DNA of 63,092 nucleotides. Source: a virus. Taxonomy: Duplodnaviria > Caudoviricetes. The DNA lies in the IMG/VR virus record IMGVR_UViG_3300005805_000087, positions 1-63,092 of that record; one strand, 5' to 3'. Shown piece after piece: positions 1 to 9,635 of the stretch; the stretch's first letter is position 1; each line of letters starts with the position of its first letter. Below the pieces are notes generated by a model. That model was given only the letters and a program-made list of their open reading frames with translations, was not told where the DNA came from and did not search any database. Made by a program: the position numbers and the translations under genes.

Positions 1-22
1 CTAATAATTACCTGAGTTAAAA

Positions 23-517
23 ATGAACAAAAAAATAAAACGACAAGCAATCGTTGATGAACCTGTAAGTGAAGCAGTTGATTCAAATCGGCTGCTGCAT
101 AATATACATCAAAAACTCGACAACGCCGCGGCCCTCAATGGTGGTTTTGATCGATTGTTGTATAAGATCGACGCGATTGAAACAAGTCAGGGTCAAATAG
201 TTTCAAAAGTTGATAAAATTCATGATGCCATCTATGATCCTGACGATGGTCTTTTCGCAAGAATTGCTGCACAAAAGTCGACATTGACAGAAATTTCAGA
301 ATGGAAACAAGAGAGGCAAGGTGCGAGTGAAGATTGCGAAAAAGAAGCTGATGTATTACAGTTAAAAGTTCAAAGGCTTGAAAGTGCGATTGTCAGTGTA
401 GAAAAATTTCAAACCACGCTTTTTTCCGCAATAAAATGGTGCGGAGTCGCACTAGGGGGCGGCATAGTAACTTTGTTATTCAAAGTTGTTTATCAAGTGC
501 TAAAGACGATGCCATAA
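23..517 (+). CDS. Hypothetical coiled-coil protein with C-terminal transmembrane helix
   Basis: 164 aa ORF; heptad-like middle; hydrophobic C-terminal segment WCGVALGGGIVTLLFKVVY; ATAATTA motif at 4-10. Confidence 0.6.
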   Translation: MNKKIKRQAIVDEPVSEAVDSNRLLHNIHQKLDNAAALNGGFDRLLYKIDAIETSQGQIVSKVDKIHDAIYDPDDGLFARIAAQKSTLTEISEWKQERQGASEDCEKEADVLQLKVQRLESAIVSVEKFQTTLFSAIKWCGVALGGGIVTLLFKVVYQVLKTMP

Positions 518-564
518 TTCCCTTTTATCGTGTACAATCTCAAATTAATGCTTAGATTTTCTAT

Positions 565-1725
565 GTGAAGCCTGTTTATAGTGCTGAAGAAATTCAAGCT
601 GCATATCTAAAAATCTTGGATCAAATTAAAACGTTTGTCAAACAAACTAATTTTTTTGATCTACAAAAAATATCTTCACTAAAATTTCAAGATCGATGTG
701 AATCAATTCTTTTTGAATTGCTTCTTTCTCATTTGATAAAAGCCGAGTCCGTTTCCCCTGGATCTCCTGACATTTTTATTGATCTTCTTTTATCCGGTTC
801 TGTTACTGATGTGAAAACAGCTGTCTTTAATAAAGATAGCTTAGAAAAAGTTTTAGCTACTTTTGCGGACACGAAAGAAAAAGATCTTATTTACGACGCG
901 CTGATACTTGCTGGCTTACATGGAAAAATTGTTCTGTCTCCCAATCCAGCCAATGGTGATACAGATTTGGTTGAATTAACATCGGGAAGTTTTTTTCAAG
1001 ATGTGCAGCCTGTTTTCTCTTTAAAATCTACAAAATTCTTGAATCCAAAAGTTCTTTGTATCGATGGCTATATAGAAAGTGTTTCTGAAATCCATAGAAT
1101 ACTTGAAGATGCATCAAAAAGTAAAGAAACAATTATTGTATTTTTACGTGGACTATCAGATGAGGTTGTTCATACATTAAAAGTAAACTATGACAGAGGT
1201 ACGCTAGCTGTAATACCCGTCATAACAAAGTATGATTTAGATGGCGTAAATCTTTTAAACGATATTGCAGTAGTTTCTGGTGGTGACGTAGTGTCAAGCT
1301 TAAAGGGGCAGTTGATTAGTACAGTTGATATTTCAACTTATCCAAGAGTACAGTGTATCGATATTACGACATCGGGCGTTTTAATAGAGAATGTTAAAAC
1401 AGCGCACGCGGTAGATTTTCACATTAACCAATTGCAAAAAAAGATTTTGGAAACTGAGTTTGACGCAACGAAAGAAATGATTGCCAAGCGTATTCAAAAC
1501 TTAGGAATGCGTAGAGTTACGATTAGACTAAGAGACGATAGAAACAAAGCGAAAAAATCTTTTATGATCGATCGTTGTCTAAGAGCTGTAAAATCAGCGT
1601 CGACTCATGGAATAGGAGATTGGGCAGGCAGATACTATCCACTTGCCAGTTTCAAAATTGGAAGTGTCTTTATGCAAAAGTTTAAAGAATCAATTGTTAA
1701 TCTTGGTGCGATGGTCAGCGATTAA
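565..1725 (+). CDS. Divergent, shortened GroEL/Cpn60-like chaperonin
   Basis: The segment NPKVLCIDGYIESVSEIHRILEDASKSKETIIVFLRGLSDEVVHTLKVNYDRGTLAVIPV...LNDIAVVSGGDVVS follows the GroEL apical domain; no GDGTT motif; 386 aa; GTG start. Confidence 0.7.
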   Translation: MKPVYSAEEIQAAYLKILDQIKTFVKQTNFFDLQKISSLKFQDRCESILFELLLSHLIKAESVSPGSPDIFIDLLLSGSVTDVKTAVFNKDSLEKVLATFADTKEKDLIYDALILAGLHGKIVLSPNPANGDTDLVELTSGSFFQDVQPVFSLKSTKFLNPKVLCIDGYIESVSEIHRILEDASKSKETIIVFLRGLSDEVVHTLKVNYDRGTLAVIPVITKYDLDGVNLLNDIAVVSGGDVVSSLKGQLISTVDISTYPRVQCIDITTSGVLIENVKTAHAVDFHINQLQKKILETEFDATKEMIAKRIQNLGMRRVTIRLRDDRNKAKKSFMIDRCLRAVKSASTHGIGDWAGRYYPLASFKIGSVFMQKFKESIVNLGAMVSD

Positions 1726-2825
1726 CCTGCAGCCAAGGCCCCAGCTTGTCCTGCAGCGGCCCCACCTTTTTCAGCTTCTTTAGCAGCTTTATCTGCCTTC
1801 TCTTTTTCAGCTGCGGTTATTCTATCCTTGATGTCCTTGACGACTTTATTCTTATCGATGGCCAGCCCATCAACAAAGCCGTCAAGTTGTCCATCAGCAA
1901 CCTTTGCGCCAGTTGCGTATGCTTTTAATACTTCAATCGCAGTATCGGCGTATGGGTGTTTGATACCTTCCTTAAATCCCATCATGTTGATTAGGAATCT
2001 AGTAACTGTTTCTTCTTCTTTAATCCCAGCTTTTTTAGCTGCGGTTTGAACCAAAACTACATTTTGTTTTTCTTGTTCTGGAGTTTGTTTTTCTCCTTCT
2101 TTTCCTGCCGCGACCGCTGCTCCTGCCTCTTTTGGATTAGTTAGTTCAACTGGAAGATCATCGACTTGAGGGCCGGCCTCTAAAAGCTTTTTAAAGCCCA
2201 TTAACTTTTCAGGAGTCGCCGACATTAGATCTGTAATAAGCTTTTTGTTATCAATCCCAGGTATCTTACCAAATACTTTTCCAAACTTTCCACTCGGTAC
2301 GAAAGCTTTTTCTAAATTTGTGAGGATATTCTTTTTGAGTGCTTCATCATCTTTAACAGCATCGTCAAGAGACATCTTTTGTTTTTCTTTGTTCGTTTCG
2401 ATATCTGAAATGTTGTTCTTTAAAATTGTTGGAAGAAGTTCGAATCCTTTTTCTAAAACTTCAGCCATAGCTAGGCCGGCAAGAATAGGATTTTTTGCAG
2501 GAGTCTTACTGAATAAGCTGGATATCTTTCCACCTAATCTAGCAAGATCTCCGCCGCCCGTGTACTTGTTAATTTCTTTAATGATGGCATCGATTGCGCC
2601 AAAAAGCAAGTCCATCTCAGCATCTTTTGCTGCGTCTTTAAGTTTCTTCAACTTTTCGATAACTTCAGTGGCTTTTTTATACTCATCTTCGTCCAAAGCT
2701 TCTATTAATAGCTTCGCATGGCTATCTTTGTTGCCTTCAGTTAAAGCTAGTTCTGCATTTCTAACTTTTGTTGAAAGTTCATCCAGCTTTTTACTTGAAT
2801 ATTTTTCTTTTAAAGTCTTTGCCAT
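1722..2825 (-). CDS. Hypothetical Lys/Glu-rich helical protein, possible internal head protein
   Basis: Long ORF; probable start MAKTLKEKY at 2825; ATATTTA motif on the minus strand at 2855-2861. Confidence 0.6.
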   Translation of the reverse strand: MAKTLKEKYSSKKLDELSTKVRNAELALTEGNKDSHAKLLIEALDEDEYKKATEVIEKLKKLKDAAKDAEMDLLFGAIDAIIKEINKYTGGGDLARLGGKISSLFSKTPAKNPILAGLAMAEVLEKGFELLPTILKNNISDIETNKEKQKMSLDDAVKDDEALKKNILTNLEKAFVPSGKFGKVFGKIPGIDNKKLITDLMSATPEKLMGFKKLLEAGPQVDDLPVELTNPKEAGAAVAAGKEGEKQTPEQEKQNVVLVQTAAKKAGIKEEETVTRFLINMMGFKEGIKHPYADTAIEVLKAYATGAKVADGQLDGFVDGLAIDKNKVVKDIKDRITAAEKEKADKAAKEAEKGGAAAGQAGALAAG

Positions 2826-2887
2826 GATATAAGAAGTTGGTTTACGGGTGCCCATAAATATTATACACTTTTACTTGGCGGTGAAAA

Positions 2888-3163
2888 ATGAACCAAGTAG
2901 ACAAAATCTCAAAAGCTCTTTTTAATTTAGTTGAATATTCTAAAGATCTTGTAAAATCTAACCTAACCACTGGTAATGCAAAAGAAAAAGACGAGCTCAA
3001 GTTAACAGAAGCACAGCTTGTAAATGTTCTAAAAATTGTTGAAGCTTCCATTGCACAAGGTTATGAAAGAGGATTCAAGACATTTCAAAAGAGTGTTTCA
3101 CAAATTTTAACAGAACCTAAAGATAATTCCAAGCCAACTTCTGAATCTCGTAAGAAGCGATGA
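2888..3163 (+). CDS. Hypothetical protein
   Basis: 91 aa ORF whose stop overlaps the next start (ATGA). Confidence 0.6.
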   Translation: MNQVDKISKALFNLVEYSKDLVKSNLTTGNAKEKDELKLTEAQLVNVLKIVEASIAQGYERGFKTFQKSVSQILTEPKDNSKPTSESRKKR

Positions 3164-3627
3164 GCTACGGACAAAAACATCTAATCACGTGTAGGTGCAT
3201 TCTTCCACAATTTAAAAAAATGGAAGATCCTCCTGCACATAAATTCATTGTTTTTTCTGTTGTTCAAGATAATGGTGACGTTGTTGTAAAATATGCACAA
3301 TGCAACAATTGCGGAGTTGTGCATAGAGTGATAGACATTTGTAAATCTGAAATTATTTCAGGTAAAGAAAACATGAACTCCATACTACAAATTGATGATA
3401 TTCGACCATCTCTTCACGTCAATTTTGTAGGTATACTTGATTCAAACTCTGCGGATTTAGCGACTTGGGAAGCCGTGCAATTTATTGTAGAGAATAAACA
3501 ATGGGGTTCAATCGCCATATTAACTACAGAGACAGAAGGCGATGAATTACACGGAAAGTATATTAGAATTTTAGGTGAATCTCTATGCAAGGTAGAGCCT
3601 TTTACAAGAAAAGTAGGAGGAATTTAA
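3160..3627 (+). CDS. Hypothetical protein, possible Zn-binding (CxC...CxxC)
   Basis: 155 aa; CRC and CNNC motifs; coupled to both neighbours. Confidence 0.65.
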   Translation: MSYGQKHLITCRCILPQFKKMEDPPAHKFIVFSVVQDNGDVVVKYAQCNNCGVVHRVIDICKSEIISGKENMNSILQIDDIRPSLHVNFVGILDSNSADLATWEAVQFIVENKQWGSIAILTTETEGDELHGKYIRILGESLCKVEPFTRKVGGI

Positions 3628-3878
3628 TGACCGAGATGTATGGACAAACCAAGGCAGAAAAGCTTGCGGAAGAAAATCTAACAGCAAGAAAAATTGTACA
3701 TGAAATATCTCAATTTGGAATCTCAGAAAGACAAAGACACTTAATCATGTACTATCTTAGTTTGGAATTAGAAGATATAGAGAAGGCCCAAGAGATATCT
3801 GCGTTTTTGAAAGAAACCATACCAGATCTAACGATAAGTGGAATTTACGAAGGAGGCAACAGTGGGAAGATCGATTAA
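3627..3878 (+). CDS. Hypothetical protein
   Basis: AGGAGG RBS before ATG at 3627, which overlaps the upstream stop. Confidence 0.6.
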   Translation: MTEMYGQTKAEKLAEENLTARKIVHEISQFGISERQRHLIMYYLSLELEDIEKAQEISAFLKETIPDLTISGIYEGGNSGKID

Positions 3879-4458
3879 GGCTTCTTATAAAAGCAGAAAT
3901 AGCATAGAAGATTTTCAGTATTCTTCTGGTCTTCCTCATGGCTCGGATGAAAGGTTGGTCGTCCTCCATGGCGAGGTGAATGAACATTCAATCTCTATGA
4001 TTATAGCTCAATTGTTGCACCTTGCAAATCAAAACCATAGACCGATTCATCTTGTGATATCCACCTATGGCGGGTCTGTCGATGAAATGTTTTCTCTTTA
4101 TGATACCATTAAGTTTTTACCCTGTCCTGTACATACTATTGCTTTAGGTAAGGTCATGTCCGCCGGAGTTCTTCTTCTTGCATCTGGTGTCAAAGGGAAG
4201 AGAATGATTGGACGTTCGGCAAGAATCATGATTCATCCGATATCAGGTGGATTAGTTGGTAATGTCTTTGAAGCGATGAACGAAATGAAAGAATTTGAAA
4301 GACTTCAAGAGCTCATGGTTTCTGCTTTGCTCACAGAAACAAAATTAAAGAAAGAAGATATCGATAGATTAATGAAAGCTGGCCATGATTTCTTTTTGAC
4401 CCCGGATCAAGCGGTTAAGATGGGAATCGTAGATAAAATTATCGGTGACAAAATCTAA
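3862..4458 (+). CDS. clpP: ClpP-family serine protease subunit
   Basis: ISTYGGSV, GKVMSAG (catalytic Ser), IMIHP (His), HDFFLTPDQAVKMGIVDKII (Asp); AGGAGG at 3851 before GTG at 3862. Confidence 0.92.
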   Translation: MGRSIKASYKSRNSIEDFQYSSGLPHGSDERLVVLHGEVNEHSISMIIAQLLHLANQNHRPIHLVISTYGGSVDEMFSLYDTIKFLPCPVHTIALGKVMSAGVLLLASGVKGKRMIGRSARIMIHPISGGLVGNVFEAMNEMKEFERLQELMVSALLTETKLKKEDIDRLMKAGHDFFLTPDQAVKMGIVDKIIGDKI

Positions 4459-4496
4459 TTTGCAAATTGTACTTTGCTTGTGGTATTGTTAAAGAG

Positions 4497-6149
4497 ATGC
4501 CGAAGTACAATTATGCTCACTATTTCCCTTTCGAAAAAATTAGAAAGGAACAGCAGACGGCGATAGAATTTGCACTTGATTCTTATGAATCAGGGAAAAA
4601 ATGCGTCATACTTGAGCTTGGCACAGGTGTAGGTAAGTCTGCGACCGGTGTAACCATTGCAAGGTATATGGAGGCTCACGCTCCTACCTTAAAAAATCAA
4701 GATGGAAAACCTTTGACAGGTGCCTATGTTGTGACGACCCAGAAGATTCTTCAGGCACAGTATCTCAGAGACTTTGGTCCTGAATCGGGAAAAAGTCTCG
4801 TCCGGTCCATCAAATCTTCCAACAATTATCAGTGTGGATTTTATGAGGATCAATCCTGCGCGGAATCTAAGCGTATATTATCAAAGCTTGCAAAGCAGCT
4901 ATCTGGAACAGAATTCCAGAAGCACTGCAAGATGAGCTGTCCTTATTCTATTGAAAAGCAGCAGTTCATTGATTCACCTATTTCCGTCACAAACTTTCCA
5001 TACATCCTTGCTGAATCGATGTACGCAGGAAAATTGGAACCTCGAGCACTTCTTATCGTTGATGAGGCTCACAATACAGAATCTGAATTAGGAAAGTTCA
5101 TTGAAGTCACATTTTCTGAAAAGTTTGCAAGAGACATCATCAAGTGTAAGCCACCCCGTAACGATACCCAGCAAGCTATCTATGATTGGGTAAGAACCAC
5201 GTATCTAAAGGCGGCCCAGAAACATGCCGCATCTCTCGAAAAATCATTGATGAAACTTAGCAACGATATCGAGGGTTACGGTGTACACTCGAAACAGTAC
5301 GAGATTCTTGACAAACACATCTGCAAGGTGAACCGGTTCATCGAGGTCTACAAACCAGAGAACTGGACTATGGCCATCTCAGCACCACCACCTGACAACA
5401 AGAAAGCCGGTAGAAAATACGAGTTTAAACCGATTGATGTTTCCCCCTACAGTTATGATACCTTTTTCAAGTTAGGAGGACGTGTCCTGATGATGTCCGC
5501 CACCATCGTGGACAAGGATATCTTCTGTACGTCACTTGGACTCGATCCGGACGAGGTCGCCTACCTTTCTATTCCGTCACCGTTTCCGGTCGAGAATAGA
5601 CCTATCCACTACATCCCCGCCGGGAGTATGTCGAAGTCTACGATAGACCGGACCCTCCCCGTGGTAGCTGAGACCATCCGGATGATTCTGGAAAAACACT
5701 CGAATCAAAAGGGGATAATCCATGCAGTGAATTATAGGGTGGCCAAGTACATCAAGGAGAACGTCTCTTCACCACGGTTACTCCTACATGATTCTCAGAA
5801 CAGGGATGAAGTACTCAAACTCCACATCAACAGTCCGGACCCAACGGTTCTACTGAGCCCATCTATGACTGAAGGTGTGGATTTACACGACGACTTGAGT
5901 AGATTTCAAGTAATCTGTAAGGTACCATTTCCATACCTTGGAGACCTAGTCGTGAAGAAGAGAATGGAAAAGAACCAAAGATGGTATCCATATACAACTG
6001 CGAAGTCTGTGATTCAGGCGCTGGGTCGATCTATTAGAAATGAAACAGACCATGCTGTTTCTTATATCATAGATGGGGATTGGGAGCGCTTCTATAGACA
6101 AAATTCTAAACTATTCCCTAAAGAATTTGGTTCTCTTGTCGGCCAATGA
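4497..6149 (+). CDS. DinG/Rad3(XPD)-family SF2 helicase
   Basis: Walker A ELGTGVGKS, DEAH box, MSAT motif III, SMTEGVD, QALGRSIR motif VI; Cys spacing compatible with an Fe-S cluster. Confidence 0.88.
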   Translation: MPKYNYAHYFPFEKIRKEQQTAIEFALDSYESGKKCVILELGTGVGKSATGVTIARYMEAHAPTLKNQDGKPLTGAYVVTTQKILQAQYLRDFGPESGKSLVRSIKSSNNYQCGFYEDQSCAESKRILSKLAKQLSGTEFQKHCKMSCPYSIEKQQFIDSPISVTNFPYILAESMYAGKLEPRALLIVDEAHNTESELGKFIEVTFSEKFARDIIKCKPPRNDTQQAIYDWVRTTYLKAAQKHAASLEKSLMKLSNDIEGYGVHSKQYEILDKHICKVNRFIEVYKPENWTMAISAPPPDNKKAGRKYEFKPIDVSPYSYDTFFKLGGRVLMMSATIVDKDIFCTSLGLDPDEVAYLSIPSPFPVENRPIHYIPAGSMSKSTIDRTLPVVAETIRMILEKHSNQKGIIHAVNYRVAKYIKENVSSPRLLLHDSQNRDEVLKLHINSPDPTVLLSPSMTEGVDLHDDLSRFQVICKVPFPYLGDLVVKKRMEKNQRWYPYTTAKSVIQALGRSIRNETDHAVSYIIDGDWERFYRQNSKLFPKEFGSLVGQ

Positions 6150-6153
6150 CCTA

Positions 6154-6182
6154 TTTACTATCCGCTGAACCAGAAATATATT
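6154..6182 (+). promoter_or_regulatory. Putative sigma70-type promoter
   Basis: TTTACT-N17-TATATT upstream of the Hc1-like gene. Confidence 0.4.
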
Positions 6183-6206
6183 CTGGTTACATTTTAGGAG
6201 AAAAAA

Positions 6207-6407
6207 ATGGATAACAGCCAAGTTTTAGACAAGTGGAATGAAATTAAAGCTCTAATTGAAGCTCTTGAGCATGACGTTACAAAGAATGCCCGCGGCACCG
6301 CCGCAGCAGGTGTTCGTGCTAGAAAAGGACTTCGTCAACTTCAGGCCAAATCAAAAGAGCTTGTCAAGTTAACAATTGAGCTTGACAAAGGTGAAAAGAA
6401 GGATTGA
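6207..6407 (+). CDS. Hc1-like (histone H1-like) nucleoid-binding protein
   Basis: RGTAAAGVRARKGLRQL matches the Hc1 core GNKAAGxRARK; AGGAG RBS. Confidence 0.75.
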   Translation: MDNSQVLDKWNEIKALIEALEHDVTKNARGTAAAGVRARKGLRQLQAKSKELVKLTIELDKGEKKD

Positions 6408-6410
6408 CCC

Positions 6411-6797
6411 ATGCCACACCACAATAGAGCAATATTAGCAGTAATTGAAGAGCAAAATCTCGATCCAGCTGGCGATTACGTGGCTAGCAAAGATGGATCT
6501 TTGACTCTTGATCCAAAAACAGCGCGTGACCTAAAGCTAAAAGAAGAGACAGCGCATAAAGAAGTAGTTAAGTCTCAACCAAAGGTCAAGAAAGAACAAA
6601 AGCCAGAAATTGTTTCTCAACCTGTTGTCGAAGTCGCTCCTGCGCCGCCGGTTGTCGAATCTACAGTAGAAGATCTACCAGCCGAAACAATAGAAGAGAC
6701 TGAATCTAATTTTGTTGAGACAGCTGTAGAAGAAATAAAGGAAACGCAGAAGAAAAAGTTTAAAGTAAAGAAATCAAAAGACTTAGATCAGTCTTGA
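6411..6797 (+). CDS. Hypothetical low-complexity (Glu/Pro/Lys-rich) protein
   Basis: 128 aa ORF directly after the Hc1-like gene. Confidence 0.55.
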   Translation: MPHHNRAILAVIEEQNLDPAGDYVASKDGSLTLDPKTARDLKLKEETAHKEVVKSQPKVKKEQKPEIVSQPVVEVAPAPPVVESTVEDLPAETIEETESNFVETAVEEIKETQKKKFKVKKSKDLDQS

Positions 6798-7042
6798 ATT
6801 ATACTTTTTACTTTTTTGTAGATATTCTTTTCGATTTGGCAGATCCTCATTCTCGTCAGGCCATAGATCTTACCGATCTCCTGGAGAGTTTTAGGGCCTG
6901 CCTTCGAAGCAATTATGACGCAGTTTTGTCCTGCTTTGTAGTTTATCCAATTGCTGCATGATTTTCTTTGACAGTTTATTCCGTGCTGCTCGTGCAAAGA
7001 AAAACATGATTTGTCTTGAATTATTTTTAGCTTTTTCTTCAT
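6788..7042 (-). CDS. Small sigma70 region-4 HTH protein with Cys-rich N-terminus
   Basis: TLQEIGKIYGLTRMRICQIEKNIYKK matches region 4.2 (TLEEVG..F.VTRERIRQIE); four Cys upstream. Confidence 0.78.
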   Translation of the reverse strand: MKKKLKIIQDKSCFSLHEQHGINCQRKSCSNWINYKAGQNCVIIASKAGPKTLQEIGKIYGLTRMRICQIEKNIYKKVKSIIQD

Positions 7043-7123
7043 GGGTTTGCTCGTTTCAAGCAAACACTATTAAATCAACAATTAATTGTTTAAATCAATG
7101 TAGTATATTTGGCATATAACCAC

Positions 7124-8521
7124 ATGAAAAAAACCTATGTCCTTGATACCAATGTTCTTCTTAGCGATCCAAGCGCAATTTTTTCTTTCGAAGACAATGA
7201 TCTTATCATACCTTTAGCTATCTTAGAGGAACTTGATCGACATAAAAGTAGATTAGATGAAGTTGGTCGCAATGCACGACACGCTTCAAAAACTTTAGAT
7301 GAGCTTCGTATAAAGGGTAGCCTTGTAGATGGTGTGTTATTACAGAACGGCGCGGTTCTTAAAATCGCCACGATCGATCCCAACATCTTAACCAACATAC
7401 CACCAGAGCTCGAAGCCTCTAAGGTTGATAACATGATTATTTCTTTCATGTTGCAATTAAAACAAACTAATGAAGCCTGTATTTTAGTAACTAAAGATAT
7501 CAACGTTAGAATTAAGTGTGATTCATTAGGCATAAAGTGTCAAGATTATCTCAAGTTGCGTGTAGCTGCAGATGCGGAACATTTTTATAGAGGTGTGGCT
7601 GTAATAGAGCTTAATGAGGCAAGAGTTGACCAGTTTTATCAAGAAAATCAAATCCTTTTAACACAACAGGAGACAAAAGAACATACACTATATCCAAACC
7701 AAGTGATCGTGATAAAGAACACTGGTATCGACGGTAAAACTACTAAATCTGCGTTGTCTAAATGCATCTCTCCTGAGTACCCATTAGTACCAATCCAAAA
7801 AATTGAGCAGGCTTTTGGATTGAGACCAAGAAATAAAGAACAAACTTTTTCATTAGATCTATTGTTCGATGACAATATAAAGCTGCTAACATTAACTGGT
7901 CCTTCAGGCACAGGAAAAACATTATTAGCTCTTGCTTCTGCTCTTGAACAGCTCAAGGGGTTAGGCCACCCAGATAATGCTAAGTATGATAAGCTCATTG
8001 TAACCCGACCGGTCCAGCCTGTAGGAAAAGATATTGGTTTCTTACCAGGTACTCTTGATGAAAAAATGGAACCATGGATCTCTCCTATACGCGACAACAT
8101 CAACTTTTTGATGAACAGTGGTAGAAAGGTTGCAAAGAAAAAGGTAATAGACCCGATAACTGGAAAACCGAAAGTAGGAGATGAGTATTACCTTGCGTTG
8201 ATGCAAGAACGCGGACTCATCGAGATTGAGGCGATAACGTTCATCCGTGGTAGGTCTATCCCCAATGCCTTTATTATCATTGATGAAGCTCAGAATTTAT
8301 CGATGCACGAGTTAAAAACCATCATAACGCGTGTCGGAGATGGAACGAAGGTGGTCCTTACCGGTGACATTGAACAGATCGATAACGTCCATGTTGATAC
8401 TTTTACAAACGGGTTAACCTATGCCGTTGAAAAGTTTAAAGAACATGCCATAGCTGGTCATGTAAACCTAATTAAAGGTGAGCGTAGTGAGCTTGCGACA
8501 TTGGCTTCAAAGATTCTTTAA
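7124..8521 (+). CDS. phoH: PIN-PhoH (PhoH2/YlaK-like) protein
   Basis: PIN motifs YVLDTNVLL and LVTKDINVRIK; Walker A GPSGTGKT; GFLPG; IRGRSI; IIDEAQN; GDIEQID. Confidence 0.93.
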   Translation: MKKTYVLDTNVLLSDPSAIFSFEDNDLIIPLAILEELDRHKSRLDEVGRNARHASKTLDELRIKGSLVDGVLLQNGAVLKIATIDPNILTNIPPELEASKVDNMIISFMLQLKQTNEACILVTKDINVRIKCDSLGIKCQDYLKLRVAADAEHFYRGVAVIELNEARVDQFYQENQILLTQQETKEHTLYPNQVIVIKNTGIDGKTTKSALSKCISPEYPLVPIQKIEQAFGLRPRNKEQTFSLDLLFDDNIKLLTLTGPSGTGKTLLALASALEQLKGLGHPDNAKYDKLIVTRPVQPVGKDIGFLPGTLDEKMEPWISPIRDNINFLMNSGRKVAKKKVIDPITGKPKVGDEYYLALMQERGLIEIEAITFIRGRSIPNAFIIIDEAQNLSMHELKTIITRVGDGTKVVLTGDIEQIDNVHVDTFTNGLTYAVEKFKEHAIAGHVNLIKGERSELATLASKIL

Positions 8522-8570
8522 CATTCTTGGGCAATGAACTGATAAATCTGCATATTTGATATGTGTAAAC

Positions 8571-9635
8571 ATGAGTGGGATATTAGACAATAAATCTAGA
8601 GTCATCGACGCCATATTGACGTTTGAAGGGCGCCGTCAGATGGCGGATGGTAACTTTACGATAAAGTATGCCACTTTTTCCGACACCTTTGTTTCCTATG
8701 GAATAGACAAGTCAGAAGGGCATGAAGACCCAACTACAAAAATTTATCTTGAATCTTGGAATGCTCCGCAAGATCAAATTACGTTCGAAGCTGATGATTC
8801 AGGAAATCTGATTCCATTTAGACAACACAACAGTATAAATGCAACTTCAACAACTGGAAGTAATGAAAATATATCTCGTTGGGTAACTTTTAAAGATGGA
8901 AAGTTAAAGTCAAATACTAAAAATTATACGACTTTATACAACGTAACAAGTAGCTTTGCACAAGATGCAATTCGAGGTGCGGATTTTGCTTCACAAATAC
9001 AAGGATTATTAACATCTTCAATTGATAACTTTAATAAGTTAAGAATATTAGGTTCTGCAGATCAACTATTCGAAGATAAAGACTTTGCAGTTGGTCCTAA
9101 TGACGTACAAATAAGAATCCCAGTAAACGATGTGACACGTCAAATGGAATTTCCAACAAACGTGAATACCGTTGATTCGCTTTTCAATGATGAAAAGTTA
9201 AGAAATGTGATCAACTTCAAATACTTGCCACCAATAAAAAAGGCCAGTGCTACGACTAATAAAACAGATATTGTTGCATTGAAAGATGCGAACTTATTTT
9301 TAGGAGATTATGCTCCTTGGGGTCCTATTGATCCTTTAACTTTAGCTGATATTAAAAAAGAGTTAAAGAATTACGAAGAAACAGCCAAAGAGTTTATCTT
9401 TGATCCAACATCACGCGATAATGAAATTGTTGGACAATTTTTTGAAATAACGAATGATCAAGCAAGAAAACTTGATGTGATTGATTATGGAAAACTGGAT
9501 AACTCATCATTTTCTTTAAACGCAACCACGAATCATGTGTTTTTTGTTGGAAAAGTTGTTGTTGATGATAATGGAACTGAGTGCTTTATTCACTTATTCA
9601 CTATTTTATTTGGGCCATCTGAAGGTGCTCTATGA
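8571..9635 (+). CDS. Putative virion/baseplate structural protein
   Basis: N-terminus GILDNKSRVIDAILTFEGRRQMA resembles that of 17408; first gene of a structural-looking operon. Confidence 0.55.
   Translation: MSGILDNKSRVIDAILTFEGRRQMADGNFTIKYATFSDTFVSYGIDKSEGHEDPTTKIYLESWNAPQDQITFEADDSGNLIPFRQHNSINATSTTGSNENISRWVTFKDGKLKSNTKNYTTLYNVTSSFAQDAIRGADFASQIQGLLTSSIDNFNKLRILGSADQLFEDKDFAVGPNDVQIRIPVNDVTRQMEFPTNVNTVDSLFNDEKLRNVINFKYLPPIKKASATTNKTDIVALKDANLFLGDYAPWGPIDPLTLADIKKELKNYEETAKEFIFDPTSRDNEIVGQFFEITNDQARKLDVIDYGKLDNSSFSLNATTNHVFFVGKVVVDDNGTECFIHLFTILFGPSEGAL

Noticed and set aside
2245-2832. 195 aa hydrophobic plus-strand ORF
   Set aside because: It is the antisense shadow of the Lys/Glu-rich minus-strand gene
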